DNA of 64,000 nt from assembly GCA_964350245.1 (NCBI GenBank), contig CAYGJC010000009.1, positions 1,951-65,950 of the forward strand, written 5' to 3'. Source of the DNA: an uncultured bacterium (GTDB lineage Bacteria; Chlamydiota; Chlamydiia; Chlamydiales; JAAKFR01). Shown one piece after another: positions 1 through 10,796 of this stretch (its first letter is position 1; each line of letters starts with the position of its first letter). The notes under the pieces are model-generated. The model made no database searches. It saw only the letters and a program-made list of their open reading frames with translations, and was not told the origin of the DNA. The translations under genes were made by a program, and so were the position numbers.

Positions 1-1
1 C

Positions 2-1576
2 AAAATTGTCGATGTGTTTGCCACGCATATTCACGCGGAGGGAGAGGAGCTTCCCGATAGAGCTCAGATCAAAGAGGCTGCCGATCTTTTATACAAATCT
101 GCCGATCCCGTCTATGGAGGGACCAAAGGTTCTCCTAAGTTTCCCATAGGGATTCAAGCCTCCTTTTTACTGCGCCTAGTGAAATCTTCAGGTGATAGCC
201 GCGCCCTATTTTATGTAGAGCGCACGCTGGAGATGATGTATCGAGGAGGGATTTACGATCACATTGGGGGTGGTTTTTCTCGCTACACGGTCGATGAGCA
301 GTGGCTTGTGCCCCACTTTGAAAAGATGCTCTATGATAATGCCATTTTGACCCGAGCCTATCTGGAGGCGTGGGAGTATACGCGCCACGGATTTTACCGG
401 GCGGTGGTAGAAGAGATTCTTTCCTATGTAAAGCGTGTGATGACTGATGAGAAAGGGGGATTTTATTCAGCTGAAGATGCTGATTCAGAAGGGCATGAGG
501 GATTTTTTTACACCTGGACATGGGATCAAATCCAGTCGATTTTGGGGGAGCAAGCACCTCTTTTTTGTGAAGTGTATGGTGTGACTCCAGGAGGCAACTT
601 TGAAGGGCGCACGATTCTTCATATGCGCGGTAGTCTTGAGGAGTATGCAGCGAAGCTTCATATGGAGCCCGCAACGTTAAAAGACAAACTGAAAGAACTG
701 CGTCAGAAGCTGTTTGAAGTGCGAGAAAAACGAGAGCATCCTTCCAAAGATGACAAAGTGATTACGGCATGGAACGGCCTTATGATCTATGCCTTTGCAG
801 AGGCTGGGCGTGCTCTTGGTCAACCCGCACATCTCGATGTTGCTGAAAAGGCCGCCCGCTTTATTCGCGACAATTTGTGGCAGAAGGGAACTTTATTGCG
901 ACGGTGGCGGGATGGAGAGGCCCGTTTTGATGGTTGTTTGGATGATCATGCATTTTTGATTCAAGGGCTGTTGAGTCTGTTTGAAGCCGATCGAGGGAGT
1001 GGATGGTTGGAGTTTGCCCTCACCTTGACGCATGAGCTGCAAAGTGAATTTAAGGCAGAGCAAGGGGCTTTCTACCTGACAAATGGCCGGGATCCGAATC
1101 TGATTTTACGCCGTTGTGAATTTTATGATGGTGCTGAACCTTCCGGAAATGCCGTTCATACGGAAAATCTACTGCGGCTTTACCAGATTACGGGCGTGGA
1201 GAGTTACCTTGTGGAGGCTGGCGAGGTCTTAAAGGCTGCCAAAGAGCACATCGATCTCTATCCGCCCGGAGCCTGTTATCATTTGATGGCTCTAGAGCGC
1301 TTTTTTGACGAAAATGCGCCCACGCTTGTCATCTCTTTGAATCAAGAGGAAGCCTATCGGGACGAGATTGCTAAGATGTTAGCCGGCCACTACATTCCGC
1401 ATAAAGCGGTGATCTGGCGGCGCGAGTCGGATGAGGAGCTCAGAGATCTGGTCCCCACTAGCCGGAATAAGCCTCCACTCCAAGATCAAACAACTCTTTA
1501 CATTTGCTACCGGGATCGATGTGATGAGCCCATCACAGACATCACAAAAATGTGGAAAGCGATCGAAAGGCTGTGA
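2..1576 (+). CDS. Thioredoxin-domain / DUF255 protein with a six-hairpin (N-acylglucosamine 2-epimerase-like) domain, YyaL/SSP411 family; 5' end cut by the window edge
   Basis: The frame is open from the window edge (KIVDVFATHIH...). It carries family-typical blocks GGIYDHIGGGFSRYTVDEQW and HFEKMLYDNA. Confidence 0.8.
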   Translation, partial: KIVDVFATHIHAEGEELPDRAQIKEAADLLYKSADPVYGGTKGSPKFPIGIQASFLLRLVKSSGDSRALFYVERTLEMMYRGGIYDHIGGGFSRYTVDEQWLVPHFEKMLYDNAILTRAYLEAWEYTRHGFYRAVVEEILSYVKRVMTDEKGGFYSAEDADSEGHEGFFYTWTWDQIQSILGEQAPLFCEVYGVTPGGNFEGRTILHMRGSLEEYAAKLHMEPATLKDKLKELRQKLFEVREKREHPSKDDKVITAWNGLMIYAFAEAGRALGQPAHLDVAEKAARFIRDNLWQKGTLLRRWRDGEARFDGCLDDHAFLIQGLLSLFEADRGSGWLEFALTLTHELQSEFKAEQGAFYLTNGRDPNLILRRCEFYDGAEPSGNAVHTENLLRLYQITGVESYLVEAGEVLKAAKEHIDLYPPGACYHLMALERFFDENAPTLVISLNQEEAYRDEIAKMLAGHYIPHKAVIWRRESDEELRDLVPTSRNKPPLQDQTTLYICYRDRCDEPITDITKMWKAIERL

Positions 1577-1633
1577 TTTTTACCCGTTCATTTTGTATGC
1601 TATTGCCTTGGAACCTCACAAATAGGTGATCGC

Positions 1634-2641
1634 GTGAAAAAAAATCTTTTACTGTTCTGTTTGTCAGCTTTCTCTCTTTCAGCAGCCCTTCCTAATCAGC
1701 CGCTCTTTGAAGAGAACCAAAACCTGGAGATCAATAATCGCGTCCTGCTAAAGGTTAACGGAAAGCCCATCACCGTTTTGGATGTTGCCCGTAAAATGGA
1801 CATGATTTTCTACAGACAGTACCCTGAGCTCGCCTCATCAGCGACCGCCCGTTATCAGTTTTATTCCTCTGCTTGGGAGCCGATGTTGACCGCACTAATT
1901 GATGATCATTTGATCATGGCCGATGCAGAAGAAAAGGGGATCACGATTTCTGAGGGAGAAATACGTGAAGAGTTGGAAAGCCTCTTTGGACCCGATGTCG
2001 TTTTTAATATCGATAAGCTTGGATTGACTCTTGATGAAGCAGTAGAACAGCTCAAAATGGAGCTGACTGTTCAGCGGATGAATATGATGATGGTCCGCTC
2101 TAAAGCGATTGCGGAAGCGCATCCTAAAGAAGTACGCCAGCGCTACGAGAAGATGATCAAAGACAATCCCCCTGAAGATCGTTGGGTTTATCGCGTTCTT
2201 TCTGTCCGTGGACAGGAGCACGAAAGAGTCGCCAAAGAGGCCTTTAAGCTACTCAATGAGCAGAAGCTTCCGTTTGAAGAGGTAGTGGCAACCCTTTCCA
2301 CACCCGAAGTTGAGATCGGCCTTTCTGAAGATTATGAGAGAGAGGAAGGGACACTCTCTTTGGCTCACAAGGCTATCTTGCAGACCCTTTCTGCCGGTGC
2401 GTTCAGCGCACCGATTTGTAAGGAATCGGTGAGCCGCATCTTTTTTCTTGAAGAGTATAAAAGTGGTGCGCCGACGCCCTTCAACGCTATTGCCGATAAC
2501 CTCAAGCAGGAGTTGACCCAGGAAATAGCAGAGAGGCACAATGAAGCCTATAGACTCAAGTTACGCAAGCACTATGGGATCACAGACCATTACCTCAAGC
2601 AGATGATGCCAGAGAATTTTCAGCCGTTTGCCCTTCGGTAG
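1634..2641 (+). CDS. SurA-like periplasmic chaperone with a degenerate parvulin domain
   Basis: GTG start with AGGTGA 5 nt upstream. Signal peptide MKKNLLLFCLSAFSLSAA. SurA-N-like start (INNRVLLKVNGKPITVLDV). It abuts rsmA, as in the enterobacterial surA...ksgA arrangement. Confidence 0.6.
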   Translation: MKKNLLLFCLSAFSLSAALPNQPLFEENQNLEINNRVLLKVNGKPITVLDVARKMDMIFYRQYPELASSATARYQFYSSAWEPMLTALIDDHLIMADAEEKGITISEGEIREELESLFGPDVVFNIDKLGLTLDEAVEQLKMELTVQRMNMMMVRSKAIAEAHPKEVRQRYEKMIKDNPPEDRWVYRVLSVRGQEHERVAKEAFKLLNEQKLPFEEVVATLSTPEVEIGLSEDYEREEGTLSLAHKAILQTLSAGAFSAPICKESVSRIFFLEEYKSGAPTPFNAIADNLKQELTQEIAERHNEAYRLKLRKHYGITDHYLKQMMPENFQPFALR

Positions 2642-3433
2642 ATGCATTTAAAAGAGCTTAAGGCCTTTCTCACCGCTTTGGGAGCCCGTCCCAAAAAAGG
2701 GCTCTCTCAAAATTTTCTTGTCGATCACAACATCATCACCAAATTACTCAACTATGCCTCTGTTAAAAAAGGTGACTACGTTTTAGAGATAGGCGCCGGT
2801 CCCGGCGCAATAACAGAGATATTGGTGAAGCGTGAAGCAGATGTTGTGGCAGTTGAGCTAGACACTGCATTTGCTGAAGCGCTCAAACGGTTTCCTATTA
2901 CCATTTATGCTGAGGATATTCTGGTCTTTTCTTTAGATAGTTTAGAAAGACGAGCAAAAGTAGTGGCCAATCTTCCCTACCACATCACCGCCCCGATTTT
3001 AGGGCGTTTGCTTCCTCGCAGAGACCTCTTTTCAACGTTGACTCTTGTTGTGCAAGAGGAGGTCGCACGTCGGATGGTCGCCCAGCCTAAAACGTCTGAT
3101 TACAGCTCGTTGACCCTTTTTTTGCAGTTTTATGCAGAAGTAGACTATGCCTTCCGGATCAGCCGCCACTGCTTTTACCCGGCACCCAAAGTGGATTCCG
3201 CAGTTGTGCATCTTGTTTTACGTGAGCCGCCCCCTGTCCACCCAGACCCTTTTTTTCTTTTTGTGCGCACCGCATTTCAACAAAGGCGAAAAATGCTCAA
3301 GAATACCTTAACATCTTTATATGAGAAAGACTTGGTAGAAACTGCTTTGAAGCATGCTGGAATCAATCCTAAGGCGCGTCCTGAAGAGCTTTCTTTGGAT
3401 GCCTACTTGGCTCTTTTTTCTTACTTGTCATAA
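2642..3433 (+). CDS. rsmA: 16S rRNA (adenine1518/1519-N6)-dimethyltransferase
   Basis: LSQNFLVD, the SAM motif VLEIGAGPGAIT and NLPYHIT are present. The ATG directly follows the upstream stop. Confidence 0.93.
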   Translation: MHLKELKAFLTALGARPKKGLSQNFLVDHNIITKLLNYASVKKGDYVLEIGAGPGAITEILVKREADVVAVELDTAFAEALKRFPITIYAEDILVFSLDSLERRAKVVANLPYHITAPILGRLLPRRDLFSTLTLVVQEEVARRMVAQPKTSDYSSLTLFLQFYAEVDYAFRISRHCFYPAPKVDSAVVHLVLREPPPVHPDPFFLFVRTAFQQRRKMLKNTLTSLYEKDLVETALKHAGINPKARPEELSLDAYLALFSYLS

Positions 3434-3482
3434 AAAAATGGTTACATTAGGTTGAGTTTAAAACTGACCAGGAGAAGGTTGA

Positions 3483-4508
3483 ATGAAACGTGCTTTTTTG
3501 ATGCTCTGCTTGGTTTCTCCTCTGCTAGCCTATGGGAACTGTGGCTATGACGAATGTGGAGATCCTTGCTGTAGGCCTTTAGATTTGTTTTGTTGTGATG
3601 AGCAACCCCGCTATATCACAATTGATTATCAGGAGTGTGGGGAGTGTAAGCGAGCGTGCTTTACGATTCCTGATTGTCCTCCAATACCCAGAAATGGCGT
3701 ATGGGCAAGCTATAACCACTTTTATACAAAAGACAAAAGAGGTGTTGGACAACAAATTACCGGTAACAGTGCTCTTTTTGGTTATGAGCATGCCTTTAAC
3801 CGGAAAGTTCTTTTAGGTGTTTTTGGAAGTTATGAAAACAGCGACTCTCTTTCTGGCCCGGGAGTTATTTTTGGGGAGAAGAGTAAAGGAAACTTAGAAG
3901 GTTGGGGTGGAGGTGGTTATCTCTACTACACCTGGAATCAATGTTTTAGCTCAGATCTAACCCTGAGTTATGTACATCTGGATGTTGGGATTATCAATGA
4001 CTTTGGCCCACAAGCTGTCGTCCGCTTTGAGGATCAAAGAACGGATGGATACCGGGCGCAGGGGATGATTGGCTTGAACTGGTTCGGTCCTAGCTGCGGA
4101 GCTTTCTCCTTTGATGCGAGAGCCGATTACATTTATCTCTACTCACACATCGATGACTATACAGACTCAACTGGGCGTGACTTTGATGATCAGTCAGCAA
4201 GCGTTGGAATTGGAGAGCTTTGGGGAAGGGTTTACTATGCCTGTTTCTGCCCTTCTTTTCGGCCCTATATAGTGGGGGGAATCGCCGCCTTTTTTCCGCA
4301 GAACATTCATTCTCCAGACAGAATTGTTGTGACACCCGATTTTCCCATTCCATCTGATCCTAGTCGGTTTACGTGGAATTTGGGAGTCGGAGTGCGCTAC
4401 TCTCCAACGACTATGCCGCTTGTTTTTGGAGCAACCTATCTGCATAAACAGAATGGCTCAGACATTAGCACGAACCTAATGAGCTTATATTTAAAAATGA
4501 TATTTTAA
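3483..4508 (+). CDS. Cysteine-rich outer-membrane beta-barrel protein (autotransporter beta-domain-like with a very short Cys-rich passenger)
   Basis: AGGAGAAGG Shine-Dalgarno (SD) sequence. Signal peptide. Ten Cys within about 46 aa after the signal (CGYDECGDPCCRPLDLFCCDE...). Alternating beta-strand pattern with Gly/aromatic-rich segments. C-terminal ...YLKMIF ends in Phe. Confidence 0.6.
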   Translation: MKRAFLMLCLVSPLLAYGNCGYDECGDPCCRPLDLFCCDEQPRYITIDYQECGECKRACFTIPDCPPIPRNGVWASYNHFYTKDKRGVGQQITGNSALFGYEHAFNRKVLLGVFGSYENSDSLSGPGVIFGEKSKGNLEGWGGGGYLYYTWNQCFSSDLTLSYVHLDVGIINDFGPQAVVRFEDQRTDGYRAQGMIGLNWFGPSCGAFSFDARADYIYLYSHIDDYTDSTGRDFDDQSASVGIGELWGRVYYACFCPSFRPYIVGGIAAFFPQNIHSPDRIVVTPDFPIPSDPSRFTWNLGVGVRYSPTTMPLVFGATYLHKQNGSDISTNLMSLYLKMIF

Positions 4509-4517
4509 GGATGTAAT

Positions 4518-4901
4518 ATGATGGTTAAAAGAAATATTTTGTCGGTTATATGTTTGTGTCTGCTTGTTCCCCTGGTGCCCTCCTGTAAGCACCAAGTTGC
4601 GCAAGCCGATGGTCCTTTTGTGTTGGAATCGAATTCATCTGGTGACAGTCGCATTAGTTTGGCTAACACCCTTGATAGTGGGGATGCTCCTGATCTAATA
4701 AATGAAATCAGTTCCGCAGTGATTAGTGTTTTTGGCGAGTCGGGAGATGTTCTATCGACTCGATTTGTCTCTGGTGCAGAATTAGGGCAGGGAGTTACAA
4801 TCGGAAATCTTCCAATGATGCAAGAAACAGTGGATAACTTCTTTACGGATACACAACTGATAGGATCTAACATATTTGACCCAAACGCTTCGGCGGATTA
4901 A
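4518..4901 (+). CDS. Putative lipoprotein, function unknown
   Basis: Signal peptide with a lipobox-like LVPSC. Followed by a rho-independent terminator on the same strand. Confidence 0.5.
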   Translation: MMVKRNILSVICLCLLVPLVPSCKHQVAQADGPFVLESNSSGDSRISLANTLDSGDAPDLINEISSAVISVFGESGDVLSTRFVSGAELGQGVTIGNLPMMQETVDNFFTDTQLIGSNIFDPNASAD

Positions 4902-4914
4902 TCGTACTTTATGT

Positions 4915-4947
4915 GGGCTCAGTGGCCTCAGCTGCTGAGCCTTTTTT
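4915..4947 (+). terminator. Rho-independent terminator
   Basis: GGCTCAG (4916-4922) pairs with CTGAGCC (4935-4941), followed by TTTTTT (4942-4947). Confidence 0.75.
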
Positions 4948-4962
4948 CAGGATTTTCCCCTT

Positions 4963-5601
4963 ATGCATCAAGATGGCCCCGATCCACGCAATCTCTACCC
5001 TATAGAGGGATACGACAAGCTCCTATTCTTGAATAACTTTGTTCAAGCACCCAACCTCCATATTGGAGACTACACCTACTTTGATGACAAGCGCTATGGT
5101 CCTGAGAAGTTCGAAGAGTACAACGTGCTCTATAACTATCACCACGATAAGGTGAAGTTGGTCATGGGTAAATTCTGTGCCATTGCAGCAGAGACACGTT
5201 TTATCATGACCGGCGATCACAAGCTCGATGCGATTAGCACTTATCCCTTTCCTATTTTTGGACAGGGTTGGGAGAGAGCGTTTAATGTGGATGATTTCCC
5301 TATGAAAGGCGATATCCTAGTGGGGCATGACGTTTGGTTTGGCTATAACTCGCTGATTCTTCCAGGGAGAACCATTGGGCATGGAGCAATCATTGGCGCA
5401 GGAGCGGTGGTAGCCAAAGATGTCCCTCCTTATGCCGTCGTAGCGGGGAATCCCGGGCGCGTGGTCAAAATGCGCTTCGACGAGACCTCGATCGAGCGTC
5501 TGCTTAAAATTGCCTGGTGGGACTGGGAGATTGAGAAAATCAACCGCAATATCAAACTGCTCTGCCATCTCGATATCGATGCCCTAGAGGCAGCTCAATA
5601 G
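4963..5601 (+). CDS. Xenobiotic acyltransferase (XAT), Vat-type streptogramin A O-acetyltransferase-like hexapeptide-repeat protein
   Basis: [35 protein letters not shown], left-handed beta-helix hexapeptide repeats ([30 protein letters not shown]) and a C-terminal WWDW all track Vat(D)-like proteins recalled from memory. Confidence 0.8.
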   Translation: MHQDGPDPRNLYPIEGYDKLLFLNNFVQAPNLHIGDYTYFDDKRYGPEKFEEYNVLYNYHHDKVKLVMGKFCAIAAETRFIMTGDHKLDAISTYPFPIFGQGWERAFNVDDFPMKGDILVGHDVWFGYNSLILPGRTIGHGAIIGAGAVVAKDVPPYAVVAGNPGRVVKMRFDETSIERLLKIAWWDWEIEKINRNIKLLCHLDIDALEAAQ

Positions 5602-5616
5602 ATGTTAAACAGCTTC

Positions 5617-6492
5617 TTAGTCGCGGTCTTCGGTGCGGTGGTTCAACTCGCCGTAACGCAGCTGCCCCGTCCAGTTGAGCTTGGTGCGCAGAGTGGAAAA
5701 ATAATCAGATCGGGATAAATTGACCATCTTAAATGTGCGCTTTGCAGGCAAAATGCTAAAGATTTCATTGGTCGTAAGCGAATGGCGGGAAAATCCATCA
5801 TAGGTGATCTCCACAGGCTCGTAATCACTCAAGTACTGTACCTCAATTTTCTCTTGAGGCATCAACACAATCGGGCGATTTGAGATGGTATGCGGACTGA
5901 TCGGTGTGATCACAAAAGCTTTGAGTTCGGGAGTGAGAATAGGCCCTCCGGCTGCAAGCGAGTAGGCTGTTGAGCCGTTGGGGGTCGAAATGATGACACC
6001 ATCGGCCGAAAAGGTGTTGAGGTATTTTCCATCCACGTGAATCGATAGGTCTATCAGGCAAGGGTTACGCGAACGGTGTACAACCATCTCGTTGACGGCC
6101 AGGCAGCGCTCTTGAGAGGGAGGGATCCCCTCCATCATCACCCGGTTTTCGATCATGAAGTTTCCGCTTATCAGCTCATCTAAACTAGGATAGAGGTCGG
6201 AAAGAGGAACGTCAGCCATAAAGCCAAGATGCCCGAGATTTACACCTAGAATAGGCGCGTCTAAAGTAGGGTAGTGATGGATGATCCGTAGGATGGTGCC
6301 ATCGCCCCCGAGGGAAATGATGAATTCAATTGCATCAGGAGCTACAGAGGAGAGAGGAGGCACCCCGAGATCAGCAGCTTCATCATCACGTGCAACGACC
6401 TGTACGCCTTTTTCTACCAGGTAGTGCGCCACCTTTTTGGAAATCCCGAACGACTCTCTTTTGTTCATGTTCGCAAAGAGGGCGACAATCAC
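5617..6492 (-). CDS. nadK: NAD kinase
   Basis: GGDGTILR motif, ...NGSTAYSLAAGGPI block, and length about 290 aa. The start abuts the dxs stop. Confidence 0.9.
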   Translation of the reverse strand: MIVALFANMNKRESFGISKKVAHYLVEKGVQVVARDDEAADLGVPPLSSVAPDAIEFIISLGGDGTILRIIHHYPTLDAPILGVNLGHLGFMADVPLSDLYPSLDELISGNFMIENRVMMEGIPPSQERCLAVNEMVVHRSRNPCLIDLSIHVDGKYLNTFSADGVIISTPNGSTAYSLAAGGPILTPELKAFVITPISPHTISNRPIVLMPQEKIEVQYLSDYEPVEITYDGFSRHSLTTNEIFSILPAKRTFKMVNLSRSDYFSTLRTKLNWTGQLRYGELNHRTEDRD

Positions 6493-8388
6493 TTATGTTT
6501 TCTCCGCATACTTGTGAAAAGTAAAGTGGGCCATTACCTGCTGCAAAATTTTCTCAGGAGTGAGCCCTACTTCTTGTAATAACTCTTTATACCCCCCTTG
6601 TTCAACAAAAGTTTCAGGAATGCCAAAATTCAGTGTTTCCACCTGACCAAAATTATGCCGCATCAAAAATTCATTGATCTCTGAGCCAAGCCCCCCTTTT
6701 AAGGAGTGCTCTTCAATCGTAATGATGCGGTTATGGGTCAGTAAAAGTTTGCTAAAAAGGTCGGTATCCAAGGGTTTTACAAAGATCGGATCGACAACTG
6801 TTGCATGAATTCCTCTTTGCTCCAGCTGGGCACGGACGTTCAGAGCTGTTTCACAATGATGTCCAAGCGCTACAATCAAGAGGTCATCTCCTTGGGCTAG
6901 CACCTCTCCTTTTCCAAGGGGGCGGGGGCGTAAAGGGGTTTCTGAAACATCAGTAGGGAGATTGGGATAGCGGATCGCAGTCGGTTTTTTCCAACTGAAA
7001 GCCGATTCTAAAAGCTCTTTGAGCAGTTGACCGTTGCGCGGTTGGCAAATCACCATACCGGGCATGGCGCGGAGGAAACTGATCTCATAAATACCGTGGT
7101 GAGTCGAGCCATCGGCAGCAGAAAGTCCTCCTCTATCAACAGCAAAGACGACGGGGATTTCTTGTAGACAGACGTCTTGGAAAAGATTGTCCAAAGCGCG
7201 TTGAAAAAAGGTAGCATAAATGGAACAGACAACGTTTAAATCGCCTGTTTTGCCCAGCCCGCCTGCAAAGGTAACGGCATGACCTTCTGCGATGCCCACA
7301 TCAAAAAAACGATCGGGGAAATGGTCGTAAAAAGGATCGAGGCAAGAACCGAGTGACATCGCCGGTGTGACAACCGTTAGGCGGGGGTCTTTTTTACCCA
7401 TCTCGACCATCTGTTTGCCAAAAATTTTGGGAAACGTGGGCTTTTTAGACGTAGTGGGGTGGAACTCACACGTTTTAGGATCAAAGGGCTTAGCTCCATG
7501 ATAGGCAGTAGGATCCTGCTCGGCCCTCTCAACTCCTTGTCCCTTTTTAGTAAAGACGTGCACAATAATGGGCATAGAGAGATCTTTAACGGCTTGAAAA
7601 ACAGCGAGCAGCTTCTTGATGTCATGTCCATCAATAGGTCCAATATAGGAAAGACCAAATTGCTCAAAAAAAGGAGCAGAACTGACGAGATTTTTTACCG
7701 ATTCGGTCAATTTCACTCCTTGCTTAGCAAGCGAGGTGCCGCAAATGGGGATTTTGGAAACAAGCGTTTCAAGTTCCCGTTTCCAGCGACTAGTTGTGGG
7801 ATTACTCAGTAAGCGGCTGAGAATGTTTGTGATACCTCCGACATTTTTGGAGATAGACATCTCGTTGTCGTTGAGAATCATCACAAAGCGACTCAAATCG
7901 CGGGGGATATTGTTGAGGGCCTCCAATGAGAGCCCACAAGTGAGAGTGGCATCGCCGATAACGGGAATAATATGGCGCTCTTTTTGGGCCAGATCGCGCG
8001 CTTGGGCCATTCCCAGACCTAAAGAAAGCGCTGTACCGGCATGACCGGCGTAAAAGTGGTCGTGTTCCGACTCTTTGGGGTGAGCAAAACCGCTTAGTCC
8101 GCCTCCTTTTCGAATCTTGTCAAACCGGTCGTCATTTCTTCCGGTGAGGAGCTTGTGTGTATACGTTTGGTGACTCACATCAAAAATAAAGGCGTCATCA
8201 GGCGAGTGAAAAACATAGTGAAGGGCTAAAGAGAGCTCCACACTTCCCATATTAGAGGCCAGATGGCCCCCATTGACGGAAAGAACGCGCACGATGCGGT
8301 CGCGAATTTCTTGAGCAAGCTCTTTTAAATCGGGGATGGAGAGGCGTTTTAAGTCGGCCGGCGACTGGATTTTGTCGAGATGGGTCAC
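6493..8388 (-). CDS. dxs: 1-deoxy-D-xylulose-5-phosphate synthase
   Basis: [13 protein letters not shown], the TPP-binding [15 protein letters not shown] and [13 protein letters not shown] are present across a full-length 631-aa product. Confidence 0.95.
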   Translation of the reverse strand: MTHLDKIQSPADLKRLSIPDLKELAQEIRDRIVRVLSVNGGHLASNMGSVELSLALHYVFHSPDDAFIFDVSHQTYTHKLLTGRNDDRFDKIRKGGGLSGFAHPKESEHDHFYAGHAGTALSLGLGMAQARDLAQKERHIIPVIGDATLTCGLSLEALNNIPRDLSRFVMILNDNEMSISKNVGGITNILSRLLSNPTTSRWKRELETLVSKIPICGTSLAKQGVKLTESVKNLVSSAPFFEQFGLSYIGPIDGHDIKKLLAVFQAVKDLSMPIIVHVFTKKGQGVERAEQDPTAYHGAKPFDPKTCEFHPTTSKKPTFPKIFGKQMVEMGKKDPRLTVVTPAMSLGSCLDPFYDHFPDRFFDVGIAEGHAVTFAGGLGKTGDLNVVCSIYATFFQRALDNLFQDVCLQEIPVVFAVDRGGLSAADGSTHHGIYEISFLRAMPGMVICQPRNGQLLKELLESAFSWKKPTAIRYPNLPTDVSETPLRPRPLGKGEVLAQGDDLLIVALGHHCETALNVRAQLEQRGIHATVVDPIFVKPLDTDLFSKLLLTHNRIITIEEHSLKGGLGSEINEFLMRHNFGQVETLNFGIPETFVEQGGYKELLQEVGLTPEKILQQVMAHFTFHKYAEKT

Positions 8389-8645
8389 GAGTCCTCATGC
8401 GGTTCAAAGGGAGCTGTTTTCGGTTGTGCGTTTTCATCTAACTCAAGAGAACCATCTCTCTTTTTTATCAGAGCTTCAATTTTCTGCTCCACTGCAGTCA
8501 AACGGGCGCCACATCGACCAATCAATTGATCGGCCTCTTCATAGAGTTTCAAGGAATCATCCAAAGAAACATTTCCCGAATTCATCCGCTCTAAAATTGC
8601 CTCTAAGCGGGCAAATGCCTGTTCAAAATTGATGTCAGTTGCCAT
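8385..8645 (-). CDS. xseB: Exodeoxyribonuclease VII small subunit
   Basis: [36 protein letters not shown]. Overlaps xseA by 11 nt and dxs by 4 nt. Confidence 0.85.
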   Translation of the reverse strand: MATDINFEQAFARLEAILERMNSGNVSLDDSLKLYEEADQLIGRCGARLTAVEQKIEALIKKRDGSLELDENAQPKTAPFEPHEDS

Positions 8646-9969
8646 CTTCTACCCTCAAAGTTGCTTTGCCGTCGCTGAGCAGCGCCTCAATTTTTTTTCC
8701 TGGAGTCAATTCTTGAGCTGATACTATAACGGAACTCTCATTTAAGGCAAAGAGGATGGAATAGCCTCTTTTTAATACGTTTTTGGGATCCAATGCTTTT
8801 AGTTGTTGGATTATCTCTTTTAGTTGTCGTTTGTTCATAACAAGCGTATTTTGTATCGATTGATCAAGTCGCTTCTTTTGTTGGTCGAGTTTTTGCCGAA
8901 ATGCATTTAACTGATTGGTGGGTTTAAGCGCACGGGCTTCTTTTTCTCTTCCTGCTAGAAGATAGCGTCTCTTTGCCACTTGTTGCTGCACGAGGGTATC
9001 CATCCGTGTTTTAATCTCATCTAGACGTTGCAGGGGGCCACTAATAAGGGCATATGAGGAGGCAAACAGAGGATGGCGGGCATAACCATTGAGCTGAATC
9101 CGCCTTTGTTTCACCTGATGGAGGAGAGTAGAGCTTAAGTGCTGTCGCATTTTAGCCAAATAGGCCAGTCGCTCTTGCTTTTCGGCTGTGACGATTTCAG
9201 CGGCAGCAGAGGGTGTGGGGGCTCTCACATCGGCGACAAAATCGGCAAGGGTCACATCTGTTTCGTGCCCAACGGCTGACACAATGGGAATGCGACTTTC
9301 AAAAATGGCTTTTGCCACGATCTCTTCGTTAAAGGGCCAAAGATCCTCCAAGCTACCTCCGCCCCTTCCGACGATGAGTACATCGCATAGGTTGTAAGCG
9401 TTCATTTGGTCAATTGCCTCGGCGATCTCGTAGGCAGCCTCACTTCCTTGAACCCGCACGGGGTTGAGTACAAGTTGAAAACCGGCGTATCGTCGAGAAA
9501 GAACATGGATGATATCGCGGATTACGGCACCAGTGGGGCTGGTCACAACACCAATTTTTTGAGGAAACGGGGGCAAAGCTTTTTTTTTATCACGATCGAA
9601 CCAACCGCGCAGCTCCAGCTTTTTTTTGAGTTGCTCCAGGCGTACCAAAAGTTCGCCCACACCCTGGTATTCCAGAGAACGGGCAATAATCTGGTATTTT
9701 CCGTGAGGGGGATAAACAGAAATGGCTCCTTTAATCACCACTCGATCGCCTTCTTTAGGTAGACGAGATAACACTTTTTTGACATAGAAAAAAACAGCTG
9801 GAATTTTGGCTCCTGCATCTTTTAGATCAAAGTAGAGATGCCCACTTGAGTGGAGCTTGCAGTTGGTGATTTCCCCTTCAACCGTGAGTTTGGCAAAGCG
9901 CGATTCAAGTTGGTTTTTGATCGCTGCTGTCAGTTGAGAAACAGTGATAACAGTTGACGTTGTGCTCAT
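8635..9969 (-). CDS. xseA: Exodeoxyribonuclease VII large subunit
   Basis: N-terminal OB fold ([22 protein letters not shown]), the catalytic block [17 protein letters not shown], and a C-terminal coiled coil. Confidence 0.9.
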   Translation of the reverse strand: MSTTSTVITVSQLTAAIKNQLESRFAKLTVEGEITNCKLHSSGHLYFDLKDAGAKIPAVFFYVKKVLSRLPKEGDRVVIKGAISVYPPHGKYQIIARSLEYQGVGELLVRLEQLKKKLELRGWFDRDKKKALPPFPQKIGVVTSPTGAVIRDIIHVLSRRYAGFQLVLNPVRVQGSEAAYEIAEAIDQMNAYNLCDVLIVGRGGGSLEDLWPFNEEIVAKAIFESRIPIVSAVGHETDVTLADFVADVRAPTPSAAAEIVTAEKQERLAYLAKMRQHLSSTLLHQVKQRRIQLNGYARHPLFASSYALISGPLQRLDEIKTRMDTLVQQQVAKRRYLLAGREKEARALKPTNQLNAFRQKLDQQKKRLDQSIQNTLVMNKRQLKEIIQQLKALDPKNVLKRGYSILFALNESSVIVSAQELTPGKKIEALLSDGKATLRVEDGN

Positions 9970-10010
9970 AGCTATGGTATCAATGTGGATCGTTTAAAAG
10001 AAAAACAGTT

Positions 10011-10796
10011 ATGCCTCGCAAGTCGAAAAAATCTTCTCGCCCTACTGTGATCGCCGGCAATTGGAAAATGTATAAAACAATTGATGAGGCGAAAACCTTT
10101 GTTGAGAGCTTAGCACCCCTGATCGGCAAGAGTCAAGCGACCGTTTATCTAGCGGTGCCGTTTACAGCCCTTGCGCCCACCGCTCAATTGGTGAAAAAAC
10201 GGGAAGCGCCTCTTTTGATTGGCGCGCAAAATATGAACGATGCCTCTGAAGGGGCTTTTACCGGTGAAATTGCAGCCCGGATGCTTATCGATGCGGGTGC
10301 CCGCTTTGTGATTCTTGGTCATTCGGAGCGGCGTCAACTTTTTCATGAGTCGAGTCCCTTTATCAATAAAAAAGTAAAAAGAGCGCTTCAAGAGGGGATT
10401 CAACCCATTGTATGTATCGGCGAAACCCTCCATCAACGGGAGGAGGGAGAGACAGAGACTGTATTAAAGGAGCAGCTTTTATCCTCCCTAGAGGGAGTAT
10501 CTGCTGAGGATCTTTCCCGACTGATTGTGGCCTATGAGCCGATTTGGGCAATTGGAACAGGGAAAGTGGCCCGTCCTAAGGATGCTGAGAGTGCACATGC
10601 GTTCATACGTGGTGTTGTTGCGGAAAACTGGGGCAAAGAGAGAGCCGAGCAGCTCGTTATTCAGTATGGAGGATCGGTCAAACCGGAAAATGCTTCTGAG
10701 CTGCTTGCTCAGTCCAATGTCGATGGTCTATTAGTGGGAGGAGCCTCTCTTTCTGCTGAGAGTTTTAGTAATATAATCAATGGTTCACTAACATGA
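10011..10796 (+). CDS. tpiA: Triosephosphate isomerase
   Basis: IAGNWKMY, ILGHSERR, AYEPIWAIGTG and YGGSV are present. Confidence 0.93.
   Translation: MPRKSKKSSRPTVIAGNWKMYKTIDEAKTFVESLAPLIGKSQATVYLAVPFTALAPTAQLVKKREAPLLIGAQNMNDASEGAFTGEIAARMLIDAGARFVILGHSERRQLFHESSPFINKKVKRALQEGIQPIVCIGETLHQREEGETETVLKEQLLSSLEGVSAEDLSRLIVAYEPIWAIGTGKVARPKDAESAHAFIRGVVAENWGKERAEQLVIQYGGSVKPENASELLAQSNVDGLLVGGASLSAESFSNIINGSLT

Noticed and set aside
4505-4873. A 122-aa minus-strand ORF mirroring almost the whole 4518-4901 gene.
   Set aside because: The plus-strand frame has a signal peptide/lipobox, an SD-like AAGGA and a downstream plus-strand terminator. The antisense product has no features and a skewed Ser/Pro/Arg/Thr composition.
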